From Podarcis liolepis (taxonomy: Eukaryota), in assembly GCA_965112155.1 (NCBI GenBank), contig OZ218107.1: a stretch of 64,000 bases of DNA; one strand, 5' to 3'. The translations under genes were made by a program, and so were the position numbers. Shown piece by piece: positions 1-12,130 of this stretch (positions are counted from its first letter, which is position 1; each line of letters starts with the position of its first letter). Under the pieces are notes generated by a model. That model was given only the letters and a program-made list of their open reading frames with translations, did not search any database and was not told the origin of the DNA.

Positions 1-239
1 CACACCAGCATCTTCCTAGTCTACATGCAGAGAGGACTGTTTTGCTAGAAGTTGCAGACAATGCAGCTTATTAGCAGTATAAGAACACAACCATACTTTA
101 TCAGACTTGTGTATAACCCATTTCCACACAGCAAGATCTCATACCACTTTATGCCACATGTATTTTCCATTTCAGTATCACACCATTAGCATGGGAAGTA
201 ACATCATTTGTGGCATCCTTGTGATTATTTCCTGTACAT

Positions 240-509
240 CAGGGGTGGCCAACTCCCAAGAGACTGCAATGTATTCACAGAGTTAAAAACTGGCAGTGAT
301 CTACCCCATTTTTTGGGGTTCAGGTCAAAGTTGTTGAACTTTTTTGGGGGGGATGAGGAAAGCTCTATTTTTTGGGGGTGCAGAGCAAAAATGTTGAGCT
401 TCTTTTAGGGGAGCCAAAGTTGTTGAGTTTCTTTGGGGGGAGTCAGTGATCTACCACAGACGTCCAATGATCTACCATTAGGTCATGATCTACCTGTTGG
501 GCGTGCCTG
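240..509. mobile_element. Non-autonomous hAT-like MITE
   Basis: TIRs caggggtggccaac / gttgggcgtgcctg; near-perfect 8-bp TSD ctgtacat / ttgtacat. Confidence 0.75.
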
Positions 510-3500
510 TTGTACATGATGCCGAAAGGCGTAGGACACAACCGTGTGGAAATGGCTTCTGCACTCTACTGTTAATGTTATCAATCAGTCCTGAGATTAA
601 CTATGAACCTGGGTGAGATGTTTGTTGATGCTCTACGCCAGCGTTGTCTCTGCTTAAAATCTTATCATACCTCCCTACCCACTTTTATCATGCCCACTTC
701 TATCGTTGTCTACATGACTAACAGGGACTACCGCAGACTGTGCAGGTTTACCCTATTGTGTATCTAGCTGCTTGCTTGTGCCCATCTACAAGCACAGGGA
801 CTTTTCATACAGACATATCTATGGGCCACATTTGTGATTTTTGTGTGCAGAGCCACAGGTGTGCAGGGTATGAGGATTTCCCTTTCATTTGAAGTACCCA
901 TCCTGTATTCCTCCTTTGGCACAGCCCAGTATATCCACTGACAGCAAGGTTAGTTCCCTACTGCATCCAATCTCATCATTGCTTTGTCCTGCCACTATAA
1001 TCTGGTACTCCTCTGAGCCTTCTCTTGTAACCTCCTATTTCTTTTATGCCCATCTGTTATGCAAGGTTCAACTGTCTGGTTGAAGCATACAGTAAGCCCA
1101 TAGCTTATGCACATTTAACTTGTGTGCATTCAGCTTTACACACTTGGCAAAAAATATTTTTTTTGAAAGGGGACAGGCATTTGGGGGGGAAAATCCTACC
1201 TGCCACTGAACCCAATATGTTTTGACGATATGTGATTTTTGCTTTGAAGCAATTCCTGAAACATTACCCCACATAAGTTGCAGGCTTACTATAATGGAGA
1301 GGTATTGGGAATAGGACAACAGATGTGTTCTCTCTCTCTCTCTTTTTACAACAGAATGTTTAGACTACTCCAAACTCATCTCTACTTGCAGTGTTTGTGA
1401 AATCCTTTCTATCAAGATACATCATCTCATGAGTGAATTCTGCTGTTTCTTTTCTCTTAGGGGATATATCCTTGACCTTAAGATCTCAGACTCTGTTCAG
1501 ATAATCTCTCTCTTGCCTTCTACAAAGAGAAACTTCAGAGCTCCCTTCTGAATTTCCAGGTAGCAAAAGAATTATGCGTTCACTCAAGAGTTGTCAGATT
1601 CTAAATGTAGATCAAAATAATCCTTTGAATCTCACAATAAGCTGTTTGTGATGCATCTAGAAAGGAAATTTGGCAGGTTAGACTTTTGTCCCACAAAATA
1701 TCATTGTGTAGTAGAGGGGGGAAAGGTTATTTGAATCCATCTTAAGACATTCTATATTAGAGTGGACCATAAGATAATTTCCAACCAGTAACATACCAGG
1801 AACAAAACTGCATGCCTCTTCATATGACGCTGGAAAATCTCTTAAGATTCCCTTTTCCCAGTCTGACCATGGCACTACTTAACTGTTGGTGTCAAAGACT
1901 ACATATCTTACACATTCAATATGAATATTAACTGAAAAGTACCAAAGCGGTAAACCCATTTAATTTGAAGAGCCCCAAAAAACACTAATGGAGGCATGGG
2001 AAGAGAAAGCAGCATAACCCCAATTTGTTTACTCAGTTCAATAAAACTTACCCCCTATTAAGCATGTTGAGAATTGCAGATTGAATTTGGTGCAGAACAT
2101 CACATTATTATTACGGCTGCAAACTACTTGTTACAGCAGCTTGAAATAAATTGAGGAATATGAGTTTGTTTTGAATTTCTGAGCACACATCACAGCAAAT
2201 TCAGGAAAAAATGTTGATTTCTATTCAGGGAAGCACTATGGAGATTTCTTATTCAAGCTATGTATTGCAAGCTCAGATATGTGTCTTTCCCTTCCATTTT
2301 CTCCATTTATAACAACAACACTCTAATATATGCATTAGACAATACTGTATAATAAGATATAAGCTCCCACATTATAAAATCATGAAACCAGCTTTTCACT
2401 GCAATTATATGCATTTATATGCATCAAAATGATGATAGCCACAGTGGTTATTTTTAACACACTGGAAATGTGTTGCAAACAAAGATGGCTGTGTCCCTTG
2501 AATATTGACTTGTGTTTCCCCTCTGGCTTGGTTCTGCATTCCCTAGACTTGAGTGAACATTGTAGTTTCTTTCACTTATTGGAGTCCAGTGGATTTCCAA
2601 CTCTGTCTTCCATTACTTCCACATTTATTCTTCATTCCTAAAGGCTTGTTTCACACTATGCATTGGCTATCTTTGTAACAAAATGGATGTAATCTATAAA
2701 TATTATCCAAAGGAAACAATTATATCTTTTGAAATTTAAAGGAAATACAGTTAAACTAGAATATATCATTCTCCCACCAAGTTATAAAAAAAGACAACAA
2801 GTTACCTCTCATTGTATTGCATAAATAGGGTGAAATTACAATAGTTACACAGACAAATAGAAAACCAGCCATAGCTCTTATATATGTTTAAAATTAACTA
2901 TTTCCTTTAACTTATTTGACTTATCTAACATGCATGTTGCAAGAAACAACAAGAAGACACATATATTTATATAAAAAGTACACAATATTGAGTCTGTAGA
3001 GGGGGAAGATGGTATTTAAGTCATGCAAATGTAAATCAAGACACTCCATAGAAAATATCTAGAGTTAGTCCAAATTAAGCATTTTGAAATCCCATTTCAT
3101 TTTAATAGGAAGTTGAGTATGTGCCTCTACTAAAGTAATGGTCATCTGTATTGCCTTCCTAAGCAATGAAGAGAATATTAACTATTCCTCTGGATTTCTG
3201 ATCTGGTAAGATAGGCTGAACGAAAAGATGACAGGTTAGTTATGATAACGTGTTGGATCCAAAGTTTTAATTCATTGAAGGAAAGAACCACGCGTGGAAT
3301 GACACATTCTAGTGAACGTAGAATTGGTGCATTTTATGGTGACTTTTGGAAAACATGAAAGGATAAATAAATATATTAAACTAAGGCTGGGGGCCACTTT
3401 TAGCCAGAAGGCTTGATGAAAGTAGTTAACTCTTCACAGAGTGACCATTTGTCAATCCCCTGACCTCATTTGACATTAGGCACAGGAGAGATAAAGCTCT

Positions 3501-4012
3501 GGCTGTAAAGAAACAATCAAGAGTTCACTCCTGATTGTTTCTTTGAAGTGGCTTAACCTTCGGTGCAGTTTGAATTTGGTGTCTTCTCCTGTCATACTGT
3601 TGTCAGATCAGATACACTTGAGAGCAACTGGGATATCCAAGTGTATCTGATCCCTGCTGAAAGCAGTGCAACGTAAGGCACCACATTCAAATAGTGATGA
3701 ATTTAAGCTGCAAATGAATTCGATGTTTGTAGCTGTGGCTTTATCAGTCCTGAGCCTGATGTCAGGTGAGGGACATATGGGCATGGCTTGGCCAAAACAA
3801 TCTGGTGGTCCAAATGGGGCTTGATGGACCTAATTAGGCCTACAGGCTGGACATTCTCTACCATTATCTTAAACTAAATGTTAACATGATAGATTTCCTC
3901 AGAAGTAGAATTAACATGTTCACTATCATTTCTACCACTGTGATACAGGTCTGCATCAGTGAAGAGAAATTTCTAAATAGAATCACTCCTGTGATGAAAA
4001 GTCATGTGTATA

Positions 4013-4235
4013 CAGTGGTACCTCTGGTTACATATGCTTCAGGTTACATACGCTTCAGGTTACAGACTCCGCTAATCCAGAAAAGTATCTCGGGTTAAGA
4101 ACTTTGCTTCAGGATAGGAACAGAAATTGTGTGCCAGTGGCGTGGTGGCAGCAGGAGGCCCCATTAGCTAAAGTGGACCTCAGGTTAAGAACAGACCTCT
4201 GGAAAGAATTAAGTTCTTAACCCGAGGTACCACTG
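4013..4235. mobile_element. Tc1/mariner (Tigger/pogo-like) MITE
   Basis: TIR cagtggtacctc / gaggtaccactg, preceded by TA; same family as 40310-40524 in the opposite orientation. Confidence 0.8.
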
Positions 4236-7200
4236 TGACAAATTCACACTTGTGATTTATCCTCACTAATAATAAAAAAGGAACTCAAGTGAATACAACA
4301 AATTAAAATTAAAGAGTGATGTGCATAGGTAATCATACTTCGAGAATAACTAGTTAACTATCACCCAAAGTTTTGTATTATGCATTAAATACAAACATGC
4401 ACCTGTACACGCATTAACCACAAAATAGAAATGCCACCTGCGAAATAATCATATGCATTCACAGATCCAAATATTTCTGAGCTCTCCTTTTTTCTTTTGA
4501 ATACTATGAATATATCTTTTGATTTGTGTTTCAACGAAATTCACAATCACCCACCAAAGACAGATCTGGTTGGGTGGTATACCATGAATAAAGCACAAAG
4601 GGTTTGAAATACATAATACCTTTCATTGCATTGTTGTATCCTATGCTTTGTAGCACAAAATATTTGGATTTAACTGAAAAAAACTATACATACTCTTTTT
4701 TAAAAGGGGATCATAAGCAGTTTTCAAATCTTGTATATATTTCACACAAAATGTTTCAAAAGTAACGTGTAGTGGCACTAACTTCAGAAAGCAGTTTTAT
4801 TTATTACCGTAGAATACAGGACTTTTTTTTTAATTCAAGGAAATAAGTTCTTTTCATCAGTTTCTCTTTCATTCTTATTTCTTTTAGGTTTATTTTACAG
4901 TTATAATCTAAATAATGAAAAAATACTTACACAGCTGGTTGCATTGTTTCTGTGATTTTTCTATATGCTAGTAATGATGCAGAGTCTAATGTCTGTATAA
5001 TTAAAAAACAAACAAGAACAAAACTGCAGATTTACACGAGTGTGTGTACCTGCACGGAAGTGGACACTGGCGTGAGTGCACAGTTACAGCATATGCAAAA
5101 ATCAGATTTGGAAATTGGGTTCCCTTGGTGTTTTGCACACTAAAAAAGGAAGTGAAAACAATGTTCCCATAGGGATTGCAGCAAATATATAGCTCAGGAA
5201 CCAAGGGAGCCCCCTTTCAGTGAGTAAGGAACATGTTCAAAGCAGCACAACGTGTGTGTGTGTGTGTGTGTTTAGGGGGGCCAGATAAATAAATTCAAGA
5301 TTACTAGATGCTGAGAAACAGGAATGGTGGCAGAGGTCCCAATTGAAGAAGGCTGAGAACTAAGTTCTATTAATCCAATTGAATGAAGAGAGAATAGTAG
5401 CCATCTTGAGAGCAGATACCAGGAGTTAATTACCGCAGGCTAGCAATACGTTCCATAACTGGATCAATGGAATGAACGTTTATTACATCTGTCAAATATA
5501 ATGTCCAGATGTTAAAGAAGAACGGGAGATTATTCCTCTAACAATTGTGCAGAAGAGGAAATGTCGGCAGGTGAAGCTGCTTTCATACCTATATGCCGAA
5601 GCAACTCCCACTGAAATGCCTTCTTCTGCGTAACTAGTAGAAGGAGCAACTATCACATCTGTTTCTGGTCACCTGAGAAAAGTCAAATAGACTATGTGCA
5701 CTGGACTGACTTCTTCTATGAACACTAGCTACTTTAAGCTGCAGAGCTAAGATAGGGCTCTCAAGCATGTGAGATAGGGCTCACATGCAGTGGCAGGTTT
5801 CCCCCCCTGTGATGTCAGGGAGACATGCAAAGCTTGGGACAATGCAGGAGAATCCCCTTCGCACATAGTCATGAGCACCTGACATTCCATGGCAAAGCAG
5901 GAACAAGTGCTGCTAGAGCAGCTTCCCAATACTGCTGAATTAATCCAGCAGCCATCCAGCTATTGCCAGACTCCAGCTCCCACCAGCCTCAGCCAGCATG
6001 GCTCATAATCAGGGATGATGGGCGTTGTAGTCCAGCAACAACTCAAGGGGCTACAGATTCTCCATTCCTGCCCATACAAAGTCACTTGAAAGTAAGTTCC
6101 AATGAATGTTGACCACAAAAAAGGCATTCTGTATATGGTTAGGCGTCTTGCTGATCTTTTAAAACACTGCTTGAGTTGAAACTCTGCACACACTCAGAGG
6201 CACTCTATTCAAGGCACCTAAATACCTAAGGCACCTAAATACCTAAATGTATTTAGATGTCCTAATCTGTATCATTCACGAAAGAATGTGAAACACCTTT
6301 TGCCATGGCACAGACAGAAATAAGAGAATCACATTACCAAGATGAATATTTATTAGTCGCTTTACGCATAGAAATGACTCAAAGCGACTTACAAACACAA
6401 AAAAATACTAAAACCAATTGCAATTGGCACAATCAATAAAAAGCCTAAAGAACAAGCTTGTCTATACAAATAAAAGCAGATTCTGCCACACCAAAAGAGG
6501 CATGGAAGTAAATCCATTGTGCTCATGTGGTTAAGTAAAACATGTCTTCAAAATATTCTATAGATGGGAATTTAGCGGCTGAATTCTAGATTTTGCCTTT
6601 AACTCAAAAGGGATTCCTTCCAGGAATAACACAATATCACTTACTCAAGTATGATACATTGTACAAAAGAATGTTTTGCTCTCTACTTCAAGATGGCATA
6701 TTCTTTGCCCTTCAAATTTGTTAATGTAGATAACTGTTAATGTATATTGAAGATGCACAGAAAGGAAGATGTCTCCCAGATGTCTCCTGGGAGGAGAACC
6801 AAAGTCTTGATTCTTACTGGAAAATTAATGTTAATTTGTTGCTAAGAAATATACTTCAGAAGGAAGATTGATTGTGTTGTTGTGGACTTTAAAGAGCTCC
6901 ACATTAAGGGTTGTGGCTTTTTGGCATTTTTACAGCAGCGTTATTTCTAATGATGATTTAATATAATACCAGGAATGTTCTCTTTTCCTGCTTAGATAGC
7001 CTCAAAACCTATACAATTTTTTAAAAATTGACTTCCTTTGCAGATGAATACTTACATACTGAAATCTTTGAAATTAAGATCAACAACTGAAAAATATCCT
7101 TCAAAACTTAAAACAGAATGTTTTCCCCCTCCTCCAAGTATATCAGTAAGTAGCATGAATACTGGAACAATTACAAAGAAAATATGGATTGTAGGATATA

Positions 7201-8699
7201 TGAATTTTATTGTCAGATGAGGCATTACAATAGCAAGTTCGCTCCAATACTTGCTATTTACAAGTAGAAAGTCAGTTTTAATAAACTAATAAGTTGAGCA
7301 ACGTTTAAATGAAGTTTTATATTACATAAGAACATAATTCTAAAAGTTGTATTATAGAAGGTGATATCAGATGTTAGCTACACATCAGAGTAGAACTGAA
7401 ATTAATGGAATTAATGTTTATTTCAGGGGGGGTCTGTTCTGAATATATCACCTGTTACTCATGTTGTGATGTATTTAATTGTGGCCCTTCCCTGATGGAA
7501 GGTTCTTTGATTTAACAAAGGCTTCTGTGAATTAAAGAAGGTATTTTTCTGCCAATTTCCCCTTTCTCTTGCAGCCCCACACCCCAGCAGGACCTCCCAT
7601 GCTGCTCCAAAGAAATAAAAAATTAAAAAGTCTAGAATAGACTTGGCAACAGGGGACAGGAGGCAGAAGATCAAAAATCTGTTCCCTTGTTGTTCTGTTT
7701 ATGGAAGCCTCCACTGGATCAAAGTGCTTTCCTTCAGTGGAAGAACAGCTCTCTGGCCAAATTAGAACTTCCCTCTTTTTACTTATACATAACCATTTCC
7801 TCCCTTTACTGTTATGAGTTTTATGAAACAAATAGCAAACTTGAAGGTGATGGATGAGATACCGGTACATAACAAAGTGAGAAGATGGCTGTAAAGGGCA
7901 TAAGTAAACAGAAGCCAAATAATATTTGGGGGTGAAACAGAGCAGTAAAAGAAATGCATCAAAAAGTTTTACAAATTCTTAGTAAACTTTGTCACATCAT
8001 TCCTATGACATTGCATTCATCACCTGTTAATAATCTTTTCACTTCAGGGGCAGGCAGATGCAATAACGAGTCAAAAAGCAGAAGGCTGGTTTGTCTGTGC
8101 ATGCACCCATTGTGCAGATCAACATGCAAAATAACTCAAAATATGATTAGCACTATATTCAGCTAAAAAAATCACTGGAACAAGGAAGAATACAGTAAGA
8201 AAGGAACTTGGTAGGATATATTGAGTTGACTGGCAGCTTTTAATGGTGGCTCTGAGAGCACAACTGTCTCTCACTTCAGGGGGGAAATAGAGAGATACCC
8301 AAAATTATTCAGTATGCACTACTTTTTCCTAAATGCCTTGAAGAGAAAAAGATTAAACTGCTTTGATCTCATCCTAATTCTTAATATACAGAATCGGAAT
8401 CCGGATATGTTGGTATGCTTCCAATATCTACAAGATGCCTAAATCAATGGGACCAGAAGAGAAAGGAGATAAAGGACCAATTTTTGACATCCCAGAAGTA
8501 TAAATTTTATGCTATAAAACAATTTAAAAGGCCGTCAGGATAATTACAAATTTACCTTATCTCACTAGGGATTTTGTTTTGACAAATTGGCTTCAGTAGG
8601 CCTACATTATTTCAGTTACAATCGAATCACTTCCTATGAAATAAATCTCTGCATTGCTTAGTTTTTAGTAATATCTAGAATATGAAGTATATTGCAAAT

Positions 8700-9330
8700 G
8701 TTTTTACAAATGATTTCCCCATTGTTAAAACAAGTAATTTTAAAGGATAGCATTCAAAGTTTTTCAAAACTAAGGAAAAGTACCCCTTCCTGGATACTGA
8801 GACAGATACTAGGTTTTTGACTGTGAAGCTCAGGGTATCCTGGGGTATGTCATGTATAAAATTTGCATCAGTTTTACAGATAAAGACTATATAACTATTT
8901 GGCTCTTGAGAATGAAACTCCTAAAGGTGGAATTGCCAGAGTGCTGGTCAAACTCTGACATCACAGGGCCCCTATATTACTTGAGTGGCAGGAGAAGGAG
9001 CCATGCTGCACTGGTAATGTTTGAAATGCTAATAGAAGAATATGTTCAGGATTGCAGTGTTGATTTTCTTGTAAAGGTAGGATATGTTGAATTGGCTGGC
9101 AGGTGTTATTGGTTTAATTTTTTAGTAATGCACCACTTTGCGAAGATACCAATATGAAATGCATTTTCAAATCAGTCTAAAGAAGCAAGCGCATGTTAAA
9201 AATATTCTGTGGCAATGATGGAAGTCTGTCTGGATATGAAGCACTCTTAGATAATAAAATGGCCCAAGGGAATACAAGTCCCTCTGAATCAGTTTTACAA
9301 AGCTGTTGTATTATAGGAACGTAGGCACTG
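8700..9330 (-). pseudogene. Second, decayed DIRS1 gag-like segment (approximate ends)
   Basis: 8780-8878 translates CKTDANFIHDIPQDTLSFTVKN, versus CRIAANFIHDAAQDSLELTVKN in the first copy; weaker matches upstream. Confidence 0.65.
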
Positions 9331-9660
9331 CAGCCACTCCCACTGAGATGAAATAACTGGATTATCTGGACTAACAATACAGTATATGACCTAGGAACTT
9401 GAGTTTTCTTAAATGATATAGGAATGGTTGGTTAATTTCAGCCAGAACTGTTGGAGCTAAGAAGTGCTGGGGCTACTATTTTGAACACAATTTTAAAAAA
9501 CAGGGGCAGGGGACCCCTTTGTGAATTTTATGAAACCAGAAGTCAAACTCTACAGAGAGACTTTAAATATTGTGCTGGCTGAGCAAAACAGAAAGTACTA
9601 ATTAGATATTTATGATTATGGTATACATCCATCTTGTATACCTCAGTCTAGATCACTAAC

Positions 9661-9663
<3 letters not shown>

Positions 9664-9704
<41 letters not shown>
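9664..9704. repeat. (TG)n microsatellite
   Basis: Seen directly. Confidence 0.95.
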
Positions 9705-9707
<3 letters not shown>

Positions 9708-9948
9708 CCACTTTGAGACTCCTATATCCCCTTGTAAATCGGGGGGGGGGGAATGTATCCAGTATGGATAACAAATGAAACAGTTGGTTAAATAATCTAC
9801 TTATTCCCCTATTCCCCTAGTGAAAAGAAGGCAATCGACCAGAGGCAGCGAGAGTGATACAGAAAGAGTTTAAAACTGATACTGCATTTAAAATTGATCA
9901 AGACAAGAAACCATGTGAAATAGTTTCTCATTCCCCTTGTGTCAGCTT

Positions 9949-9954
9949 TTTATT
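9949..9954 (-). terminator. Candidate polyadenylation signal (AATAAA) after the gag-like stop codon
   Basis: AATAAA about 33 nt downstream of the TAA at 9987-9989. Confidence 0.45.
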
Positions 9955-9986
9955 GACTGAAACTATTTTTGCTTCCTGGAAAGCAT

Positions 9987-10833
9987 TTATGCCAGAAGTC
10001 TCCTCTTGGTACATTTGTGACTTCTTTGAATGTTATACCCTTTCATATTCATGAGATGTAAGGACCGCAAACCTTTCCCTCTTTTTAACCTAGTGGGGAA
10101 CTGATAGGCTGTGTGACACCTGTGAGGATAATAAAGAAAAGAAGTGGAACAGTGTATTTTCCTTTTCAGCTGTTGGAGGGATTTCTTCTGTTGGGCATAA
10201 TCTTTGAAAACCTGTCCCAAGCCGTCTCCAAACAAAGTTCCACCACAGTATGGTAGGGATAACAGCTGGTATTTCATGCCTAGGTCCAAGGGCCAATGAC
10301 GCAACCAGCTAGCCCTCCATGCCACTATGAGACATGCTATGTTTTTAACTGTGAGTTCGAGAGAATCCTGGGCAGCATCATGAATGAAATTAGCTGCAAT
10401 TCTACACAGAATACGTGTTCTCCACTTAGAATCATAGAATCATAGAGTTGGAATAGACCACAAGGGCCATCGAGTCCAACCCCCTGCCAAGCAGGAAACA
10501 CCATCAGAGCACTGCTGACATATGGTTGTCAAGCCTCTGCTTAAAGACCTCCAAAGAAGGAGACTCCACCACACTCCTTGGCAGCAAATTCCACTGTTGA
10601 ACAGCTCTTACTGTCAGGAAGTTCTTCCTAATGTTTAGGTGGAATCTTCTTTCTTGTAGTTTGGATCCATTGCTCCGTGTCCGCTTCTCTGGAGCAGCAG
10701 AAAACAACCTTTCTCCCTCCTCTATATGACATCCTTGCTTGAAGGTGACTTCAGTGTGCCTCCCCTTATTGCTTGCTCCTTTTTCCAGCCAGGCTAATAA
10801 AGCCCTAGACGCATAGGCAGAATAAAGGGATAC
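9987..10833 (-). pseudogene. C-terminal part of the DIRS1 gag-like ORF, displaced by a +1 frameshift and a CR1 insertion
   Basis: After the shift at ~10834 it reads SLYSAYASRALLAWLE. After the CR1 it reads AANFIHDAAQDSL...VAWRASWLRHW...LLSLPYCGGTLFG to a stop at 9987. Confidence 0.75.
10428..10737 (-). mobile_element. CR1 LINE, 5'-truncated 3' fragment (young)
   Basis: Intact ORF2 C-terminus (RTRSNGSKLQERRFHLNIRKNFLTVRAV...PSLEVFKQRLD), (ATTCTATG)n tail, flanked by a possible 3-bp direct repeat ctt. Confidence 0.92.
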
Positions 10834-12130
10834 GTACTCTAAGCTGGGCTGAAACTAAGCTGAATGATCTCTTGATCATAGCCTCAACCTTTTTATCAAG
10901 TGGATCTTTGGGTACATAGCCCGCAACTCCAGAGAAGCATGTCTTAGCATTTCCACTGGCTGCTGCAGTATCTATCTTGGGTATGGTCCCCCAAAACACA
11001 GCTTTGTCCACTGGAAGAGGATACAGTTCATATAGAATTGCTGGAGCTACATGTCTTACATTGGGTTTATTCCAGATTTTATGGATTAGCTTTTGAATAG
11101 CTGAATGAACCGGAAGGGATTTATCTATCATGCTACTTTCTGCAGACTGTTCAATTTTGTGGTGTTTTAACTGTAGTTCTTTCTGAATATGCTTGAATAA
11201 GTAGTTCTGAGTCTCCATTTTGAACCTACGTATGGGCTCACTATCCTTTTCTACTTCCAGTAAGGAAGCAAATGATACTTCTTCATTCTCAGGAGGCGAC
11301 TCATCCCCCAAGTCACTGTGAAATTTAGGCTTTTTTGTAGAAGCTGAATTTTTTCCCACACTGTCCACAGCTTCAGGTACCGATAACCGGCAGTGCTCTC
11401 TAGTTGCTTCATAGGAGGCCACAGTAATCACTGTGTGTAACGCCTCAGGGTCCATTATTGAAGAAGGTCCAGCCTGCATGGCAGAAGCTACAGCATTTTT
11501 GGCCACAGCATGGGTATCCTTCAAAATGGTAGTAGTTTTGGGTAATACTACAGACGCCATTAGTGAACTATTGTCATACTTGGAGCAACTACGAGCAATA
11601 CTAGGAGCACCAGAAGGTCTTGCCTTCTTGACTTGGCCCCTGTAGTTGTCTTCTGAATCTGAGTTGGGGCCTATTGTGTGGTTGAACCACTGTTGTGAAG
11701 AGGCTGGGCCCTTGGTGGACCTTTGCTGATATTGGGGACACTGTCCTACCTGAGAATCTGACCCTTCATCCAGGTCTGTTATTTGCTGCCGCAGAGTGTG
11801 GTATCTAGAAACACCCTCAGGCTGCCATTCCGTTGGTTTATTTTTCCTCTTACATAGTGAAGGGGAGATGGAATTTACTTTTAAATGCTTTGGAGAGTTC
11901 CTGACTCTCCTGTGAGAGGTCTCTGATCTGGTGATGAAGGATTGCTCTCCTGACCTTCTGGATAGGTTGGCTCTCTGAGACCACACAGACACTGCTTTGG
12001 TAAAGGCAGGGTCTGCTTCGGGAAAACGAGTGACATCGCTACATTCTCTCTTTCTTCCTTTGTCCGTTTTCTTTACTGTCCACGGAAACATGGACCTGAA
12101 GTGATGAAAAAAGTTCAAAATACTCGAATT
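10805..12130 (-). CDS. DIRS1 gag / LAP2alpha-like ORF; candidate alternative last exon of NRCAM
   Basis: Uninterrupted ORF of about 440 codons. A Ser/Pro/charged region is followed by DIRS1-ORF1-like motifs (LIHKIWNKP, YPLP, PKIDTA, PKDPLDKKVEAMIKRSF...LR). Acceptors at 12131/12132 (phase 0) and 12096/12097 (phase 2). The family call is by motif recognition, not a database search. Confidence 0.7.
   Translation of the reverse strand, partial: NSSILNFFHHFRSMFPWTVKKTDKGRKRECSDVTRFPEADPAFTKAVSVWSQRANLSRRSGEQSFITRSETSHRRVRNSPKHLKVNSISPSLCKRKNKPTEWQPEGVSRYHTLRQQITDLDEGSDSQVGQCPQYQQRSTKGPASSQQWFNHTIGPNSDSEDNYRGQVKKARPSGAPSIARSCSKYDNSSLMASVVLPKTTTILKDTHAVAKNAVASAMQAGPSSIMDPEALHTVITVASYEATREHCRLSVPEAVDSVGKNSASTKKPKFHSDLGDESPPENEEVSFASLLEVEKDSEPIRRFKMETQNYLFKHIQKELQLKHHKIEQSAESSMIDKSLPVHSAIQKLIHKIWNKPNVRHVAPAILYELYPLPVDKAVFWGTIPKIDTAAASGNAKTCFSGVAGYVPKDPLDKKVEAMIKRSFSLVSAQLRVRIPLFCLCV

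Noticed and set aside
2800-2830. RSLE-like 12-nt microexon (ATACAATGAGAG|GTAAC)
   Set aside because: It has no acceptor AG and poor similarity to RSLE; likely chance.
8159-8200. Acceptor giving a SDFFS* terminal exon (similar sites at ~7889, ~9176, ~12312)
   Set aside because: Good-looking acceptors are common in a 14-kb AT-rich intron, and there is no independent support.
8860-9260. DIRS RT/RNase H remnant (KTDA motif)
   Set aside because: The segment aligns better to the gag C-terminus, and I found no YLDD or other pol motif.
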